Origin: Schmidtea nova
Lineage: Eukaryota
Assembly: GCA_044892505.1 (NCBI GenBank)
Contig: CM097882.1
Span: forward strand, 440,200,001-440,264,000
Direction: 5' to 3'
Length of the DNA stretch: 64,000 bases
Each line of letters opens with the position of its first letter. Position 1 is the first letter of the stretch. The translations under genes and the position numbers were made by a program. The notes beneath the pieces are model-generated. The model had not been told where the DNA came from. It saw only the letters and a list, made by a program, of their open reading frames with translations, and searched no databases. Below are positions 39,101-54,100 of the stretch, in pieces.

Positions 39101-42100
39101 ATTAACGAAACTCCAGACGCTGAAAGATCCAAGGAGTGGAAAGCAAATAAATCTTTACTGGAATCTATTCTCCCTAAAGTACAAGAAGTCGTTGATTGCA
39201 AATCAAAAGAATTAGATCTGAACAAAGACGAAGCACAAAGACTAAGCAAATTGTGCAAAGATGTTGCAGAATCCCATCTTCCAGATTCGACAGTAATTAG
39301 AAATGCAGACATAGTAGATGACATCGTTGATGAAGTAACTGAGGAACGTAAAGTTGGGCTTGAAAATGGACAAAAGTTGTTATTTGATGCATTGGATAAG
39401 GGTGAGTTAGACAATCTCAAAGGCAAAGAACTAGTTGAAAGTTTAGAAATAATGAAAGCATTGATTCCGAAATCCAAAGCGGGAGAGAAAGAACGGAAAT
39501 TTCTAGACGACGTAATAGACGATTTGAAAAAGTCTTTAAAAAGTGGATCAAAAGTGAAAATCGACAAGTCTGTTTGTGAACAATTAAAAGCTTTAGGTAA
39601 AAAGAGTGAAAAGAGATTAGTTAATTCCGATGAGGATAGCAACAAACTGCTCGAAGCAATTAGATGTTTAATTGATGAGGAAGAAGGCGAAAAAGAAAAG
39701 TTACTGAACCGGAAAGATATTGACAATTTACTGTGTGGAATAAAAGTCGCAAAAGATGCATTGAAAAATGAAATAAGTGAAGCGAAACTGATAGAGTTAG
39801 AAGAGATATTATTGAAGGAAGTCTCTAATGGAAAAGATCTCATTAGACTAGAAGCGACAGTCAATGAACCTCTCATTGGTATTCTATGTGAAGCTGTCCA
39901 AATTCAATCGAGCATTCCGGATATTGCGGAACGTATAAGAAAATCTCGACAAGACGAAATTGAAAACAGTCGACGACCAATTGAAACAATCTTGAAAGAA
40001 TTAGTGGAAACGTCAAAGAGCGATCAAATAAAATTGAAAGGCCAAGATTTATCAAAATTGTCAAAAGCTATTGATACAATTGAAAGTAGGATTAACGAAA
40101 CTCCAGACGCTGAAAGATCCAAGGAGTGGAAAGCAAATAAATCTTTACTGGAATCTATTCTCCCTAAAGTACAAGAAGTCGTTGATTGCAAATCAAAAGA
40201 ATTAGATCTGAACAAAGACGAAGCACAAAGACTAAGCAAATTGTGCAAAGATGTTGCAGAATCCCATCTTCCAGATTCGACAGTAATTAGAAATGCAGAC
40301 ATAGTAGATGACATCGTTGATGAAGTAACTGAGGAACGTAAAGTTGGGCTTGAAAATGGACAAAAGTTGTTATTTGATGCATTGGATAAGGGTGAGTTAG
40401 ACAATCTCAAAGGCAAAGAACTAGTTGAAAGTTTAGAAATAATGAAAGCATTGATTCCGAAATCCAAAGCGGGAGAGAAAGAACGGAAATTTCTAGACGA
40501 CGTAATAGACGATTTGAAAAAGTCTTTAAAAAGTGGATCAAAAGTGAAAATCGACAAGTCTGTTTGTGAACAATTAAAAGCTTTAGGTAAAAAGAGTGAA
40601 AAGAGATTAGTTAATTCCGATGAGGATAGCAACAAACTGCTCGAAGCAATTAGATGTTTATTTGATGAGGAAGAAGGCGAAAAAGAAAAGTTACTGAACC
40701 GGAAAGATATTGACAATTTACTGTGTGGAATAAAAGTCGCAAAAGATGCATTGAAAAATGAAATAAGTGAAGCGAAACTGATAGAGTTAGAAGAGATATT
40801 ATTGAAGGAAGTCTCTAATGGAAAAGATCTCTTTAGACTAGAAGCGACAGTCAATGAACCTCTCATTGGTATTCTATGTGAAGCTGTCCAAATTCAATCG
40901 AGCATTCCGGATATTGCGGAACGTATAAGAAAATCTCGACAAGACGAAATTGAAAACAGTCGACGAACAATTGAAACAATCTTGAAAGAATTAGTGGAAA
41001 CGTCAAAGAGCGATCAAATAAAATTGAAAGGCCAAGATTTATCAAAATTGTCAAAAGCTATTGATACAATTGAAAGTAGGATTAACGAAACTCCAGACGC
41101 TGAAAGATCCAAGGAGTGGAAAGCAAATAAATCTTTACTGGAATCTATTCTCCCTAAAGTACAAGAAGTCGTTGATTGCAAATCAAAAGAATTAGATCTG
41201 AACAAAGACGAAGCACAAAGACTAAGCAAATTGTGCAAAGATGTTGCAGAATCCCATCTTCCAGATTCGACAGTAATTAGAAATGCAGACATAGTAGATG
41301 ACATCGTTGATGAAGTAACTGAGGAACGTAAAGTTGGGCTTGAAAATGGACAAAAGTTGTTATTTGATGCATTGGATAAGGGTGAGTTAGACAATCTCAA
41401 AGGCAAAGAACTAGTTGAAAGTTTAGAAATAATGAAAGCATTGATTCCGAAATCCAAAGCGGGAGAGAAAGAACGGAAATTTCTAGACGACGTAATAGAC
41501 GATTTGAAAAAGTCTTTAAAAAGTGGATCAAAAGTGAAAATCGACAAGTCTGTTTGTGAACAATTAAAAGCTTTAGGTAAAAAGAGTGAAAAGAGATTAG
41601 TTAATTCCGATGAGGATAGCAACAAACTGCTCGAAGCAATTAGATGTTTATTTGATGAGGAAGAAGGCGAAAAAGAAAAGTTACTGAACCGGAAAGATAT
41701 TGACAATTTACTGTGTGGAATAAAAGTCGCAAAAGATGCATTGAAAAATGAAATAAGTGAAGCGAAACTGATAGAGTTAGAAAAGATATTATTGAAGGAA
41801 GTCTCTGATGGAAAAGATCTCATTAGACTAGAAGCGACAGTCAATGAACCTCTCATTGGTATTCTATGTGAAGCTGTCCAAATTCAATCGAGCATTCCGG
41901 ATATTGCGGAACGTATAAGAAAATCTCGACAAGACGAAATTGAAAACAGTCGACGACCAATTGAAACAATCTTGAAAGAATTAGTGGAAACGTCAAAGAG
42001 CGATCAAATAAAATTGAAAGGCCAAGATTTATCAAAATTGTCAAAAGCTATTGATACAATTGAAAGTAGGATTAACGAAACTCCAGACGCTGAAAGATCC

Positions 42101-45100
42101 AAGGAGTGGAAAGCAAATAAATCTTTACTGGAATCTATTCTCCCTAAAGTACAAGAAGTCGTTGATTGCAAATCAAAAGAATTAGATCTGAACAAAGACG
42201 AAGCACAAAGACTAAGCAAATTGTGCAAAGATGTTGCAGAATCCCATCTTCCAGATTCGACAGTAATTAGAAATGCAGACATAGTAGATGACATCGTTGA
42301 TGAAGTAACTGAGGAACGTAAAGTTGGGCTTGAAAATGGACAAAAGTTGTTATTTGATGCATTGGATAAGGGTGAGTTAGACAATCTCAAAGGCAAAGAA
42401 CTAGTTGAAAGTTTAGAAATAATGAAAGCATTGATTCCGAAATCCAAAGCGGGAGAGAAAGAACGGAAATTTCTAGACGACGTAATAGACGATTTAAAAA
42501 AGTCTTTAAAAAGTGGATCAAAAGTGAAAATCGACAAGTCTGTTTGTGAACAATTAAAAGCTTTAGGTAAAAAGAGTGAAAAGAGATTAGTTAATTCCGA
42601 TGAGGATAGCAACAAACTGCTCGAAGCAATTAGATGTTTATTTGATGAGGAAGAAGGCGAAAAAGAAAAGTTACTGAACCGGAAAGATATTGACAATTTA
42701 CTGTGTGGAATAAAAGTCGCAAAAGATGCATTGAAAAATGAAATAAGTGAAGCGAAACTGATAGAGTTAGAAGAGATATTATTGAAGGAAGTCTCTGATG
42801 GAAAAGATCTCATTAGACTAGAAGCGACAGTCAATGAACCTCTCATTGGTATTCTATGTGAAGCTGTCCAAATTCAATCGAGCATTCCGGATATTGCGGA
42901 ACGTATAAGAAAATCTCGACAAGACGAAATTGAAAACAGTCGACGACCAATTGAAACAATCTTGAAAGAATTAGTGGAAACGTCAAAGAGCGATCAAATA
43001 AAATTGAAAGGCCAAGATTTATCAAAATTGTCAAAAGCTATTGATACAATTGAAAGTAGGATTAACGAAACTCCAGACGCTGAAAGATCCAAGGAGTGGA
43101 AAGCAAATAAATCTTTACTGGAATCTATTCTCCCTAAAGTACAAGAAGTCGTTGATTGCAAATCAAAAGAATTAGATCTGAACAAAGACGAAGCACAAAG
43201 ACTAAGCAAATTGTGCAAAGATGTTGCAGAATCCCATCTTCCAGATTCGACAGTAATTAGAAATGCAGACATAGTAGATGACATCGTTGATGAAGTAACT
43301 GAGGAACGTAAAGTTGGGCTTGAAAATGGACAAAAGTTGTTATTTGATGCATTGGATAAGGGTGAGTTAGACAATCTCAAAGGCAAAGAACTAGTTGAAA
43401 GTTTAGAAATAATGAAAGCATTGATTCCGAAATCCAAAGCGGGAGAGAAAGAACGGAAATTTCTAGACGACGTAATAGACGATTTGAAAAAGTCTTTAAA
43501 AAGTGGATCAAAAGTGAAAATCGACAAGTCTGTTTGTGAACAATTAAAAGCTTTAGGTAAAAAGAGTGAAAAGAGATTAGTTAATTCCGATGAGGATAGC
43601 AACAAACTGCTCGAAGCAATTAGATGTTTATTTGATGAGGAAGAAGGCGAAAAAGAAAAGTTACTGAACCGGAAAGATATTGACAATTTACTGTGTGGAA
43701 TAAAAGTCGCAAAAGATGCATTGAAAAATGAAATAAGTGAAGCGAAACTGATAGAGTTAGAAGAGATATTATTGAAGGAAGTCTCTGATGGAAAAGATCT
43801 CATTAGACTAGAAGCGACAGTCAATGAACCTCTCATTGGTATTCTATGTGAAGCTGTCCAAATTCAATCGAGCATTCCGGATATTGCGGAACGTATAAGA
43901 AAATCTCGACAAGACGAAATTGAAAACAGTCGACGACCAATTGAAACAATCTTGAAAGAATTAGTGGAAACGTCAAAGAGCGATCAAATAAAATTGAAAG
44001 GCCAAGATTTATCAAAATTGTCAAAAGCTATTGATACAATTGAAAGTAGGATTAACGAAACTCCAGACGCTGAAAGATCCAAGGAGTGGAAAGCAAATAA
44101 ATCTTTACTGGAATCTATTCTCCCTAAAGTACAAGAAGTCGTTGATTGCAAATCAAAAGAATTAGATCTGAACAAAGACGAAGCACAAAGACTAAGCAAA
44201 TTGTGCAAAGATGTTGCAGAATCCCATCTTCCAGATTCGACAGTAATTAGAAATGCAGACATAGTAGATGACATCGTTGATGAAGTAACTGAGGAACGTA
44301 AAGTTGGGCTTGAAAATGGACAAAAGTTGTTATTTGATGCATTGGATAAGGGTGAGTTAGACAATCTCAAAGGCAAAGAACTAGTTGAAAGTTTAGAAAT
44401 AATGAAAGCATTGATTCCGAAATCCAAAGCGGGAGAGAAAGAACGGAAATTTCTAGACGACGTAATAGACGATTTGAAAAAGTCTTTAAAAAGTGGATCA
44501 AAAGTGAAAATCGACAAGTCTGTTTGTGAACAATTAAAAGCTTTAGGTAAAAAGAGTGAAAAGAGATTAGTTAATTCCGATGAGGATAGCAACAAACTGC
44601 TCGAAGCAATTAGATGTTTATTTGATGAGGAAGAAGGCGAAAAAGAAAAGTTACTGAACCGGAAAGATATTGACAATTTACTGTGTGGAATAAAAGTCGC
44701 AAAAGATGCATTGAAAAATGAAATAAGTGAAGCGAAACTGATAGAGTTAGAAGAGATATTATTGAAGGAAGTCTCTGATGGAAAAGATCTCATTAGACTA
44801 GAAGCGACAGTCAATGAACCTCTCATTGGTATTCTATGTGAAGCTGTCCAAATTCAATCGAGCATTCCGGATATTGCGGAACGTATAAGAAAATCTCGAC
44901 AAGACGAAATTGAAAACAGTCGACGACCAATTGAAACAATCTTGAAAGAATTAGTAGAAACGTCAAAGAGCGATCAAATAAAATTGAAAGGCCAAGATTT
45001 ATCAAAATTGTCAAAAGCTATTGATACAATTGAAAGTAGGATTAACGAAACTCCAGACGCTGAAAGATCCAAGGAGTGGAAAGCAAATAAATCTTTACTG

Positions 45101-48100
45101 GAATCTATTCTCCCTAAAGTACAAGAAGTCGTTGATTGCAAATCAAAAGAATTAGATCTGAACAAAGACGAAGCACAAAGACTAAGCAAATTGTGCAAAG
45201 ATGTTGCAGAATCCCATCTTCCAGATTCGACAGTAATTAGAAATGCAGACATAGTAGATGACATCGTTGATGAAGTAACTGAGGAACGTAAAGTTGGGCT
45301 TGAAAATGGACAAAAGTTGTTATTTGATGCATTGGATAAGGGTGAGTTAGACAATCTCAAAGGCAAAGAACTAGTTGAAAGTTTAGAAATAATGAAAGCA
45401 TTGATTCCGAAATCCAAAGCGGGAGAGAAAGAACGGAAATTTCTAGACGACGTAATAGACGATTTGAAAAAGTCTTTAAAAAGTGGATCAAAAGTGAAAA
45501 TCGACAAGTCTGTTTGTGAACAATTAAAAGCTTTAGGTAAAAAGAGTGAAAAGAGATTAGTTAATTCCGATGAGGATAGCAACAAACTGCTCGAAGCAAT
45601 TAGATGTTTATTTGATGAGGAAGAAGGCGAAAAAGAAAAGTTACTGAACCGGAAAGATATTGACAATTTACTGTGTGGAATAAAAGTCGCAAAAGATGCA
45701 TTGAAAAATGAAATAAGTGAAGCGAAACTGATAGAGTTAGAAGAGATATTATTGAAGGAAGTCTCTGATGGAAAAGATCTCATTAGACTAGAAGCGACAG
45801 TCAATGAACCTCTCATTGGTATTCTATGTGAAGCTGTCCAAATTCAATCGAGCATTCCGGATATTGCGGAACGTATAAGAAAATCTCGACAAGACGAAAT
45901 TGAAAACAGTCGACGACCAATTGAAACAATCTTGAAAGAATTAGTGGAAACGTCAAAGAGCGATCAAATAAAATTGAAAGGCCAAGATTTATCAAAATTG
46001 TCAAAAGCTATTGATACAATTGAAAGTAGGATTAACGAAACTCCAGACGCTGAAAGATCCAAGGAGTGGAAAGCAAATAAATCTTTACTGGAATCTATTC
46101 TCCCTAAAGTACAAGAAGTCGTTGATTGCAAATCAAAAGAATTAGATCTGAACAAAGACGAAGCACAAAGACTAAGCAAATTGTGCAAAGATGTTGCAGA
46201 ATCCCATCTTCCAGATTCGACAGTAATTAGAAATGCAGACATAGTAGATGACATCGTTGATGAAGTAACTGAGGAACGTAAAGTTGGGCTTGAAAATGGA
46301 CAAAAGTTGTTATTTGATGCATTGGATAAGGGTGAGTTAGACAATCTCAAAGGCAAAGAACTAGTTGAAAGTTTAGAAATAATGAAAGCATTGATTCCGA
46401 AATCCAAAGCGGGAGAGAAAGAACGGAAATTTCTAGACGACGTAATAGACGATTTGAAAAAGTCTTTAAAAAGTGGATCAAAAGTGAAAATCGACAAGTC
46501 TGTTTGTGAACAATTAAAAGCTTTAGGTAAAAAGAGTGAAAAGAGATTAGTTAATTCCGATGAGGATAGCAACAAACTGCTCGAAGCAATTAGATGTTTA
46601 TTTGATGAGGAAGAAGGCGAAAAAGAAAAGTTACTGAACCGGAAAGATATTGACAATTTACTGTGTGGAATAAAAGTCGCAAAAGATGCATTGAAAAATG
46701 AAATAAGTGAAGCGAAACTGATAGAGTTAGAAGAGATATTATTGAAGGAAGTCTCTGATGGAAAAGATCTCATTAGACTAGAAGCGACAGTCAATGAACC
46801 TCTCATTGGTATTCTATGTGAAGCTGTCCAAATTCAATCGAGCATTCCGGATATTGCGGAACGTATAAGAAAATCTCGACAAGACGAAATTGAAAACAGT
46901 CGACGACCAATTGAAACAATCTTGAAAGAATTAGTGGAAACGTCAAAGAGCGATCAAATAAAATTGAAAGGCCAAGATTTATCAAAATTGTCAAAAGCTA
47001 TTGATACAATTGAAAGTAGGATTAACGAAACTCCAGACGCTGAAAGATCCAAGGAGTGGAAAGCAAATAAATCTTTACTGGAATCTATTCTCCCTAAAGT
47101 ACAAGAAGTCGTTGATTTCAAATCAAAAGAATTAGATCTGAACAAAGACGAAGCACAAAGACTAAGCAAATTGTGCAAAGATGTTGCAGAATCCCATCTT
47201 CCAGATTCGACAGTAATTAGAAATGCAGACATAGTAGATGACATCGTTGATGAAGTAACTGAGGAACGTAAAGTTGGGCTTGAAAATGGACAAAAGTTGT
47301 TATTTGATGCATTGGATAAGGGTGAGTTAGACAATCTCAAAGGCAAAGAACTAGTTGAAAGTTTAGAAATAATGAAAGCATTGATTCCGAAATCCAAAGC
47401 GGGAGAGAAAGAACGGAAATTTCTAGACGACGTAATAGACGATTTGAAAAAGTCTTTAAAAAGTGGATCAAAAGTGAAAATCGACAAGTCTGTTTGTGAA
47501 CAATTAAAAGCTTTAGGTAAAAAGAGTGAAAAGAGATTAGTTAATTCCGATGAGGATAGCAACAAACTGCTCGAAGCAATTAGATGTTTATTTGATGAGG
47601 AAGAAGGCGAAAAAGAAAAGTTACTGAACCGGAAAGATATTGACAATTTACTGTGTGGAATAAAAGTCGCAAAAGATGCATTGAAAAATGAAATAAGTGA
47701 AGCGAAACTGATAGAGTTAGAAGAGATATTATTGAAGGAAGTCTCTGATGGAAAAGATCTCATTAGACTAGAAGCGACAGTCAATGAACCTCTCATTGGT
47801 ATTCTATGTGAAGCTGTCCAAATTCAATCGAGCATTCCGGATATTGCGGAACGTATAAGAAAATCTCGACAAGACGAAATTGAAAACAGTCGACGACCAA
47901 TTGAAACAATCTTGAAAGAATTAGTGGAAACGTCAAAGAGCGATCAAATAAAATTGAAAGGCCAAGATTTATCAAAATTGTCAAAAGCTATTGATACAAT
48001 TGAAAGTAGGATTAACGAAACTCCAGACGCTGAAAGATCCAAGGAGTGGAAAGCAAATAAATCTTTACTGGAATCTATTCTCCCTAAAGTACAAGAAGTC

Positions 48101-51100
48101 GTTGATTGCAAATCAAAAGAATTAGATCTGAACAAAGACGAAGCACAAAGACTAAGCAAATTGTGCAAAGATGTTGCAGAATCCCATCTTCCAGATTCGA
48201 CAGTAATTAGAAATGCAGACATAGTAGATGACATCGTTGATGAAGTAACTGAGGAACGTAAAGTTGGGCTTGAAAATGGACAAAAGTTGTTATTTGATGC
48301 ATTGGATAAGGATGAGTTAGACAATCTCAAAGGCAAAGAACTAGTTGAAAGTTTAGAAATAATGAAAGCATTGATTCCGAAATCCAAAGCGGGAGAGAAA
48401 GAACGGAAATTTCTAGACGACGTAATAGACGATTTGAAAAAGTCTTTAAAAAGTGGATCAAAAGTGAAAATCGACAAGTCTGTTTGTGAACAATTAAAAG
48501 CTTTAGGTAAAAAGAGTGAAAAGAGATTAGTTAATTCCGATGAGGATAGCAACAAACTGCTCGAAGCAATTAGATGTTTATTTGATGAGGAAGAAGGCGA
48601 AAAAGAAAAGTTACTGAACCGGAAAGATATTGACAATTTACTGTGTGGAATAAAAGTCGCAAAAGATGCATTGAAAAATGAAATAAGTGAAGCGAAACTG
48701 ATAGAGTTAGAAGAGATATTATTGAAGGAAGTCTCTGATGGAAAAGATCTCATTAGACTAGAAGCGACAGTCAATGAACCTCTCATTGGTATTCTATGTG
48801 AAGCTGTCCAAATTCAATCGAGCATTCCGGATATTGCGGAACGTATAAGAAAATCTCGACAAGACGAAATTGAAAACAGTCGACGACCAATTGAAACAAT
48901 CTTGAAAGAATTAGTGGAAACGTCAAAGAGCGATCAAATAAAATTGAAAGGCCAAGATTTATCAAAATTGTCAAAAGCTATTGATACAATTGAAAGTAGG
49001 ATTAACGAAACTCCAGACGCTGAAAGATCCAAGGAGTGGAAAGCAAATAAATCTTTACTGGAATCTATTCTCCCTAAAGTACAAGAAGTCGTTGATTGCA
49101 AATCAAAAGAATTAGATCTGAACAAAGACGAAGCACAAAGACTAAGCAAATTGTGCAAAGATGTTGCAGAATCCCATCTTCCAGATTCGACAGTAATTAG
49201 AAATGCAGACATAGTAGATGACATCGTTGATGAAGTAACTGAGGAACGTAAAGTTGGGCTTGAAAATGGACAAAAGTTGTTATTTGATGCATTGGATAAG
49301 GGTGAGTTAGACAATCTCAAAGGCAAAGAACTAGTTGAAAGTTTAGAAATAATGAAAGCATTGATTCCGAAATCCAAAGCGGGAGAGAAAGAACGGAAAT
49401 TTCTAGACGACGTAATAGACGATTTGAAAAAGTCTTTAAAAAGTGGATCAAAAGTGAAAATCGACAAGTCTGTTTGTGAACAATTAAAAGCTTTAGGTAA
49501 AAAGAGTGAAAAGAGATTAGTTAATTCCGATGAGGATAGCAACAAACTGCTCGAAGCAATTAGATGTTTATTTGATGAGGAAGAAGGCGAAAAAGAAAAG
49601 TTACTGAACCGGAAAGATATTGACAATTTACTGTGTGGAATAAAAGTCGCAAAAGATGCATTGAAAAATGAAATAAGTGAAGCGAAACTGATAGAGTTAG
49701 AAGAGATATTATTGAAGGAAGTCTCTGATGGAAAAGATCTCATTAGACTAGAAGCGACAGTCAATGAACCTCTCATTGGTATTCTATGTGAAGCTGTCCA
49801 AATTCAATCGAGCATTCCGGATATTGCGGAACGTATAAGAAAATCTCGACAAGACGAAATTGAAAACAGTCGACGACCAATTGAAACAATCTTGAAAGAA
49901 TTAGTGGAAACGTCAAAGAGCGATCAAATAAAATTGAAAGGCCAAGATTTATCAAAATTGTCAAAAGCTATTGATACAATTGAAAGTAGGATTAACGAAA
50001 CTCCAGACGCTGAAAGATCCAAGGAGTGGAAAGCAAATAAATCTTTACTGGAATCTATTCTCCCTAAAGTACAAGAAGTCGTTGATTGCAAATCAAAAGA
50101 ATTAGATCTGAACAAAGACGAAGCACAAAGACTAAGCAAATTGTGCAAAGATGTTGCAGAATCCCATCTTCCAGATTCGACAGTAATTAGAAATGCAGAC
50201 ATAGTAGATGACATCGTTGATGAAGTAACTGAGGAACGTAAAGTTGGGCTTGAAAATGGACAAAAGTTGTTATTTGATGCATTGGATAAGGATGAGTTAG
50301 ACAATCTCAAAGGCAAAGAACTAGTTGAAAGTTTAGAAATAATGAAAGCATTGATTCCGAAATCCAAAGCGGGAGAGAAAGAACGGAAATTTCTAGACGA
50401 CGTAATAGACGATTTGAAAAAGTCTTTAAAAAGTGGATCAAAAGTGAAAATCGACAAGTCTGTTTGTGAACAATTAAAAGCTTTAGGTAAAAAGAGTGAA
50501 AAGAGATTAGTTAATTCCGATGAGGATAGCAACAAACTGCTCGAAGCAATTAGATGTTTATTTGATGAGGAAGAAGGCGAAAAAGAAAAGTTACTGAACC
50601 GGAAAGATATTGACAATTTACTGTGTGGAATAAAAGTCGCAAAAGATGCATTGAAAAATGAAATAAGTGAAGCGAAACTGATAGAGTTAGAAGAGATATT
50701 ATTGAAGGAAGTCTCTGATGGAAAAGATCTCATTAGACTAGAAGCGACAGTCAATGAACCTCTCATTGGTATTCTATGTGAAGCTGTCCAAATTCAATCG
50801 AGCATTCCGGATATTGCGGAACGTATAAGAAAATCTCGACAAGACGAAATTGAAAACAGTCGACGACCAATTGAAACAATCTTGAAAGAATTAGTGGAAA
50901 CGTCAAAGAGCGATCAAATAAAATTGAAAGGCCAAGATTTATCAAAATTGTCAAAAGCTATTGATACAATTGAAAGTAGGATTAATGAAACTCCAGACGC
51001 TGAAAGATCCAAGGAGTGGAAAGCAAATAAATCTTTACTGGAATCTATTCTCCCTAAAGTACAAGAAGTCGTTGATTGCAAATCAAAAGAATTAGATCTG

Positions 51101-54100
51101 AACAAAGACGAAGCACAAAGACTAAGCAAATTGTGCAAAGATGTTGCAGAATCCCATCTTCCAGATTCGACAGTAATTAGAAATGCAGACATAGTAGATG
51201 ACATCGTTGATGAAGTAACTGAGGAACGTAAAGTTGGGCTTGAAAATGGACAAAAGTTGTTATTTGATGCATTGGATAAGGGTGAGTTAGACAATCTCAA
51301 AGGCAAAGAACTAGTTGAAAGTTTAGAAATAATGAAAGCATTGATTCCGAAATCCAAAGCGGGAGAGAAAGAACGGAAATTTCTAGACGACGTAATAGAC
51401 GATTTGAAAAAGTCTTTAAAAAGTGGATCAAAAGTGAAAATCGACAAGTCTGTTTGTGAACAATTAAAAGCTTTAGGTAAAAAGAGTGAAAAGAGATTAG
51501 TTAATTCCGATGAGGATAGCAACAAACTGCTCGAAGCAATTAGATGTTTATTTGATGAGGAAGAAGGCGAAAAAGAAAAGTTACTGAACCGGAAAGATAT
51601 TGACAATTTACTGTGTGGAATAAAAGTCGCAAAAGATGCATTGAAAAATGAAATAAGTGAAGCGAAACTGATAGAGTTAGAAGAGATATTATTGAAGGAA
51701 GTCTCTGATGGAAAAGATCTCATTAGACTAGAAGCGACAGTCAATGAACCTCTCATTGGTATTCTATGTGAAGCTGTCCAAATTCAATCGAGCATTCCGG
51801 ATATTGCGGAACGTATAAGAAAATCTCGACAAGACGAAATTGAAAACAGTCGACGACCAATTGAAACAATCTTGAAAGAATTAGTGGAAACGTCAAAGAG
51901 CGATCAAATAAAATTGAAAGGCCAAGATTTATCAAAATTGTCAAAAGCTATTGATACAATTGAAAGTAGGATTAACGAAACTCCAGACGCTGAAAGATCC
52001 AAGGAGTGGAAAGCAAATAAATCTTTACTGGAATCTATTCTCCCTAAAGTACAAGAAGTCGTTGATTGCAAATCAAAAGAATTAGATCTGAACAAAGACG
52101 AAGCACAAAGACTAAGCAAATTGTGCAAAGATGTTGCAGAATCCCATCTTCCAGATTCGACAGTAATTAGAAATGCAGACATAGTAGATGACATCGTTGA
52201 TGAAGTAACTGAGGAACGTAAAGTTGGGCTTGAAAATGGACAAAAGTTGTTATTTGATGCATTGGATAAGGATGAGTTAGACAATCTCAAAGGCAAAGAA
52301 CTAGTTGAAAGTTTAGAAATAATGAAAGCATTGATTCCGAAATCCAAAGCGGGAGAGAAAGAACGGAAATTTCTAGACGACGTAATAGACGATTTGAAAA
52401 AGTCTTTAAAAAGTGGATCAAAAGTGAAAATCGACAAGTCTGTTTGTGAACAATTAAAAGCTTTAGGTAAAAAGAGTGAAAAGAGATTAGTTAATTCCGA
52501 TGAGGATAGCAACAAACTGCTCGAAGCAATTAGATGTTTATTTGATGAGGAAGAAGGCGAAAAAGAAAAGTTACTGAACCGGAAAGATATTGACAATTTA
52601 CTGTGTGGAATAAAAGTCGCAAAAGATGCATTGAAAAATGAAATAAGTGAAGCGAAACTGATAGAGTTAGAAGAGATATTATTGAAGGAAGTCTCTGATG
52701 GAAAAGATCTCATTAGACTAGAAGCGACAGTCAATGAACCTCTCATTGGTATTCTATGTGAAGCTGTCCAAATTCAATCGAGCATTCCGGATATTGCGGA
52801 ACGTATAAGAAAATCTCGACAAGACGAAATTGAAAACAGTCGACGACCAATTGAAACAATCTTGAAAGAATTAGTGGAAACGTCAAAGAGCGATCAAATA
52901 AAATTGAAAGGCCAAGATTTATCAAAATTGTCAAAAGCTATTGATACAATTGAAAGTAGGATTAACGAAACTCCAGACGCTGAAAGATCCAAGGAGTGGA
53001 AAGCAAATAAATCTTTACTGGAATCTATTCTCCCTAAAGTACAAGAAGTCGTTGATTGCAAATCAAAAGAATTAGATCTGAACAAAGACGAAGCACAAAG
53101 ACTAAGCAAATTGTGCAAAGATGTTGCAGAATCCCATCTTCCAGATTCGACAGTAATTAGAAATGCAGACATAGTAGATGACATCGTTGATGAAGTAACT
53201 GAGGAACGTAAAGTTGGGCTTGAAAATGGACAAAAGTTGTTATTTGATGCATTGGATAAGGATGAGTTAGACAATCTCAAAGGCAAAGAACTAGTTGAAA
53301 GTTTAGAAATAATGAAAGCATTGATTCCGAAATCCAAAGCGGGAGAGAAAGAACGGAAATTTCTAGACGACGTAATAGACGATTTGAAAAAGTCTTTAAA
53401 AAGTGGATCAAAAGTGAAAATCGACAAGTCTGTTTGTGAACAATTAAAAGCTTTAGGTAAAAAGAGTGAAAAGAGATTAGTTAATTCCGATGAGGATAGC
53501 AACAAACTGCTCGAAGCAATTAGATGTTTATTTGATGAGGAAGAAGGCGAAAAAGAAAAGTTACTGAACCGGAAAGATATTGACAATTTACTGTGTGGAA
53601 TAAAAGTCGCAAAAGATGCATTGAAAAATGAAATAAGTGAAGCGAAACTGATAGAGTTAGAAGAGATATTATTGAAGGAAGTCTCTGATGGAAAAGATCT
53701 CATTAGACTAGAAGCGACAGTCAATGAACCTCTCATTGGTATTCTATGTGAAGCTGTCCAAATTCAATCGAGCATTCCGGATATTGCGGAACGTATAAGA
53801 AAATCTCGACAAGACGAAATTGAAAACAGTCGACGACCAATTGAAACAATCTTGAAAGAATTAGTGGAAACGTCAAAGAGCGATCAAATAAAATTGAAAG
53901 GCCAAGATTTATCAAAATTGTCAAAAGCTATTGATACAATTGAAAGTAGGATTAATGAAACTCCAGACGCTGAAAGATCCAAGGAGTGGAAAGCAAATAA
54001 ATCTTTACTGGAATCTATTCTCCCTAAAGTACAAGAAGTCGTTGATTGCAAATCAAAAGAATTAGATCTGAACAAAGACGAAGCACAAAGACTAAGCAAA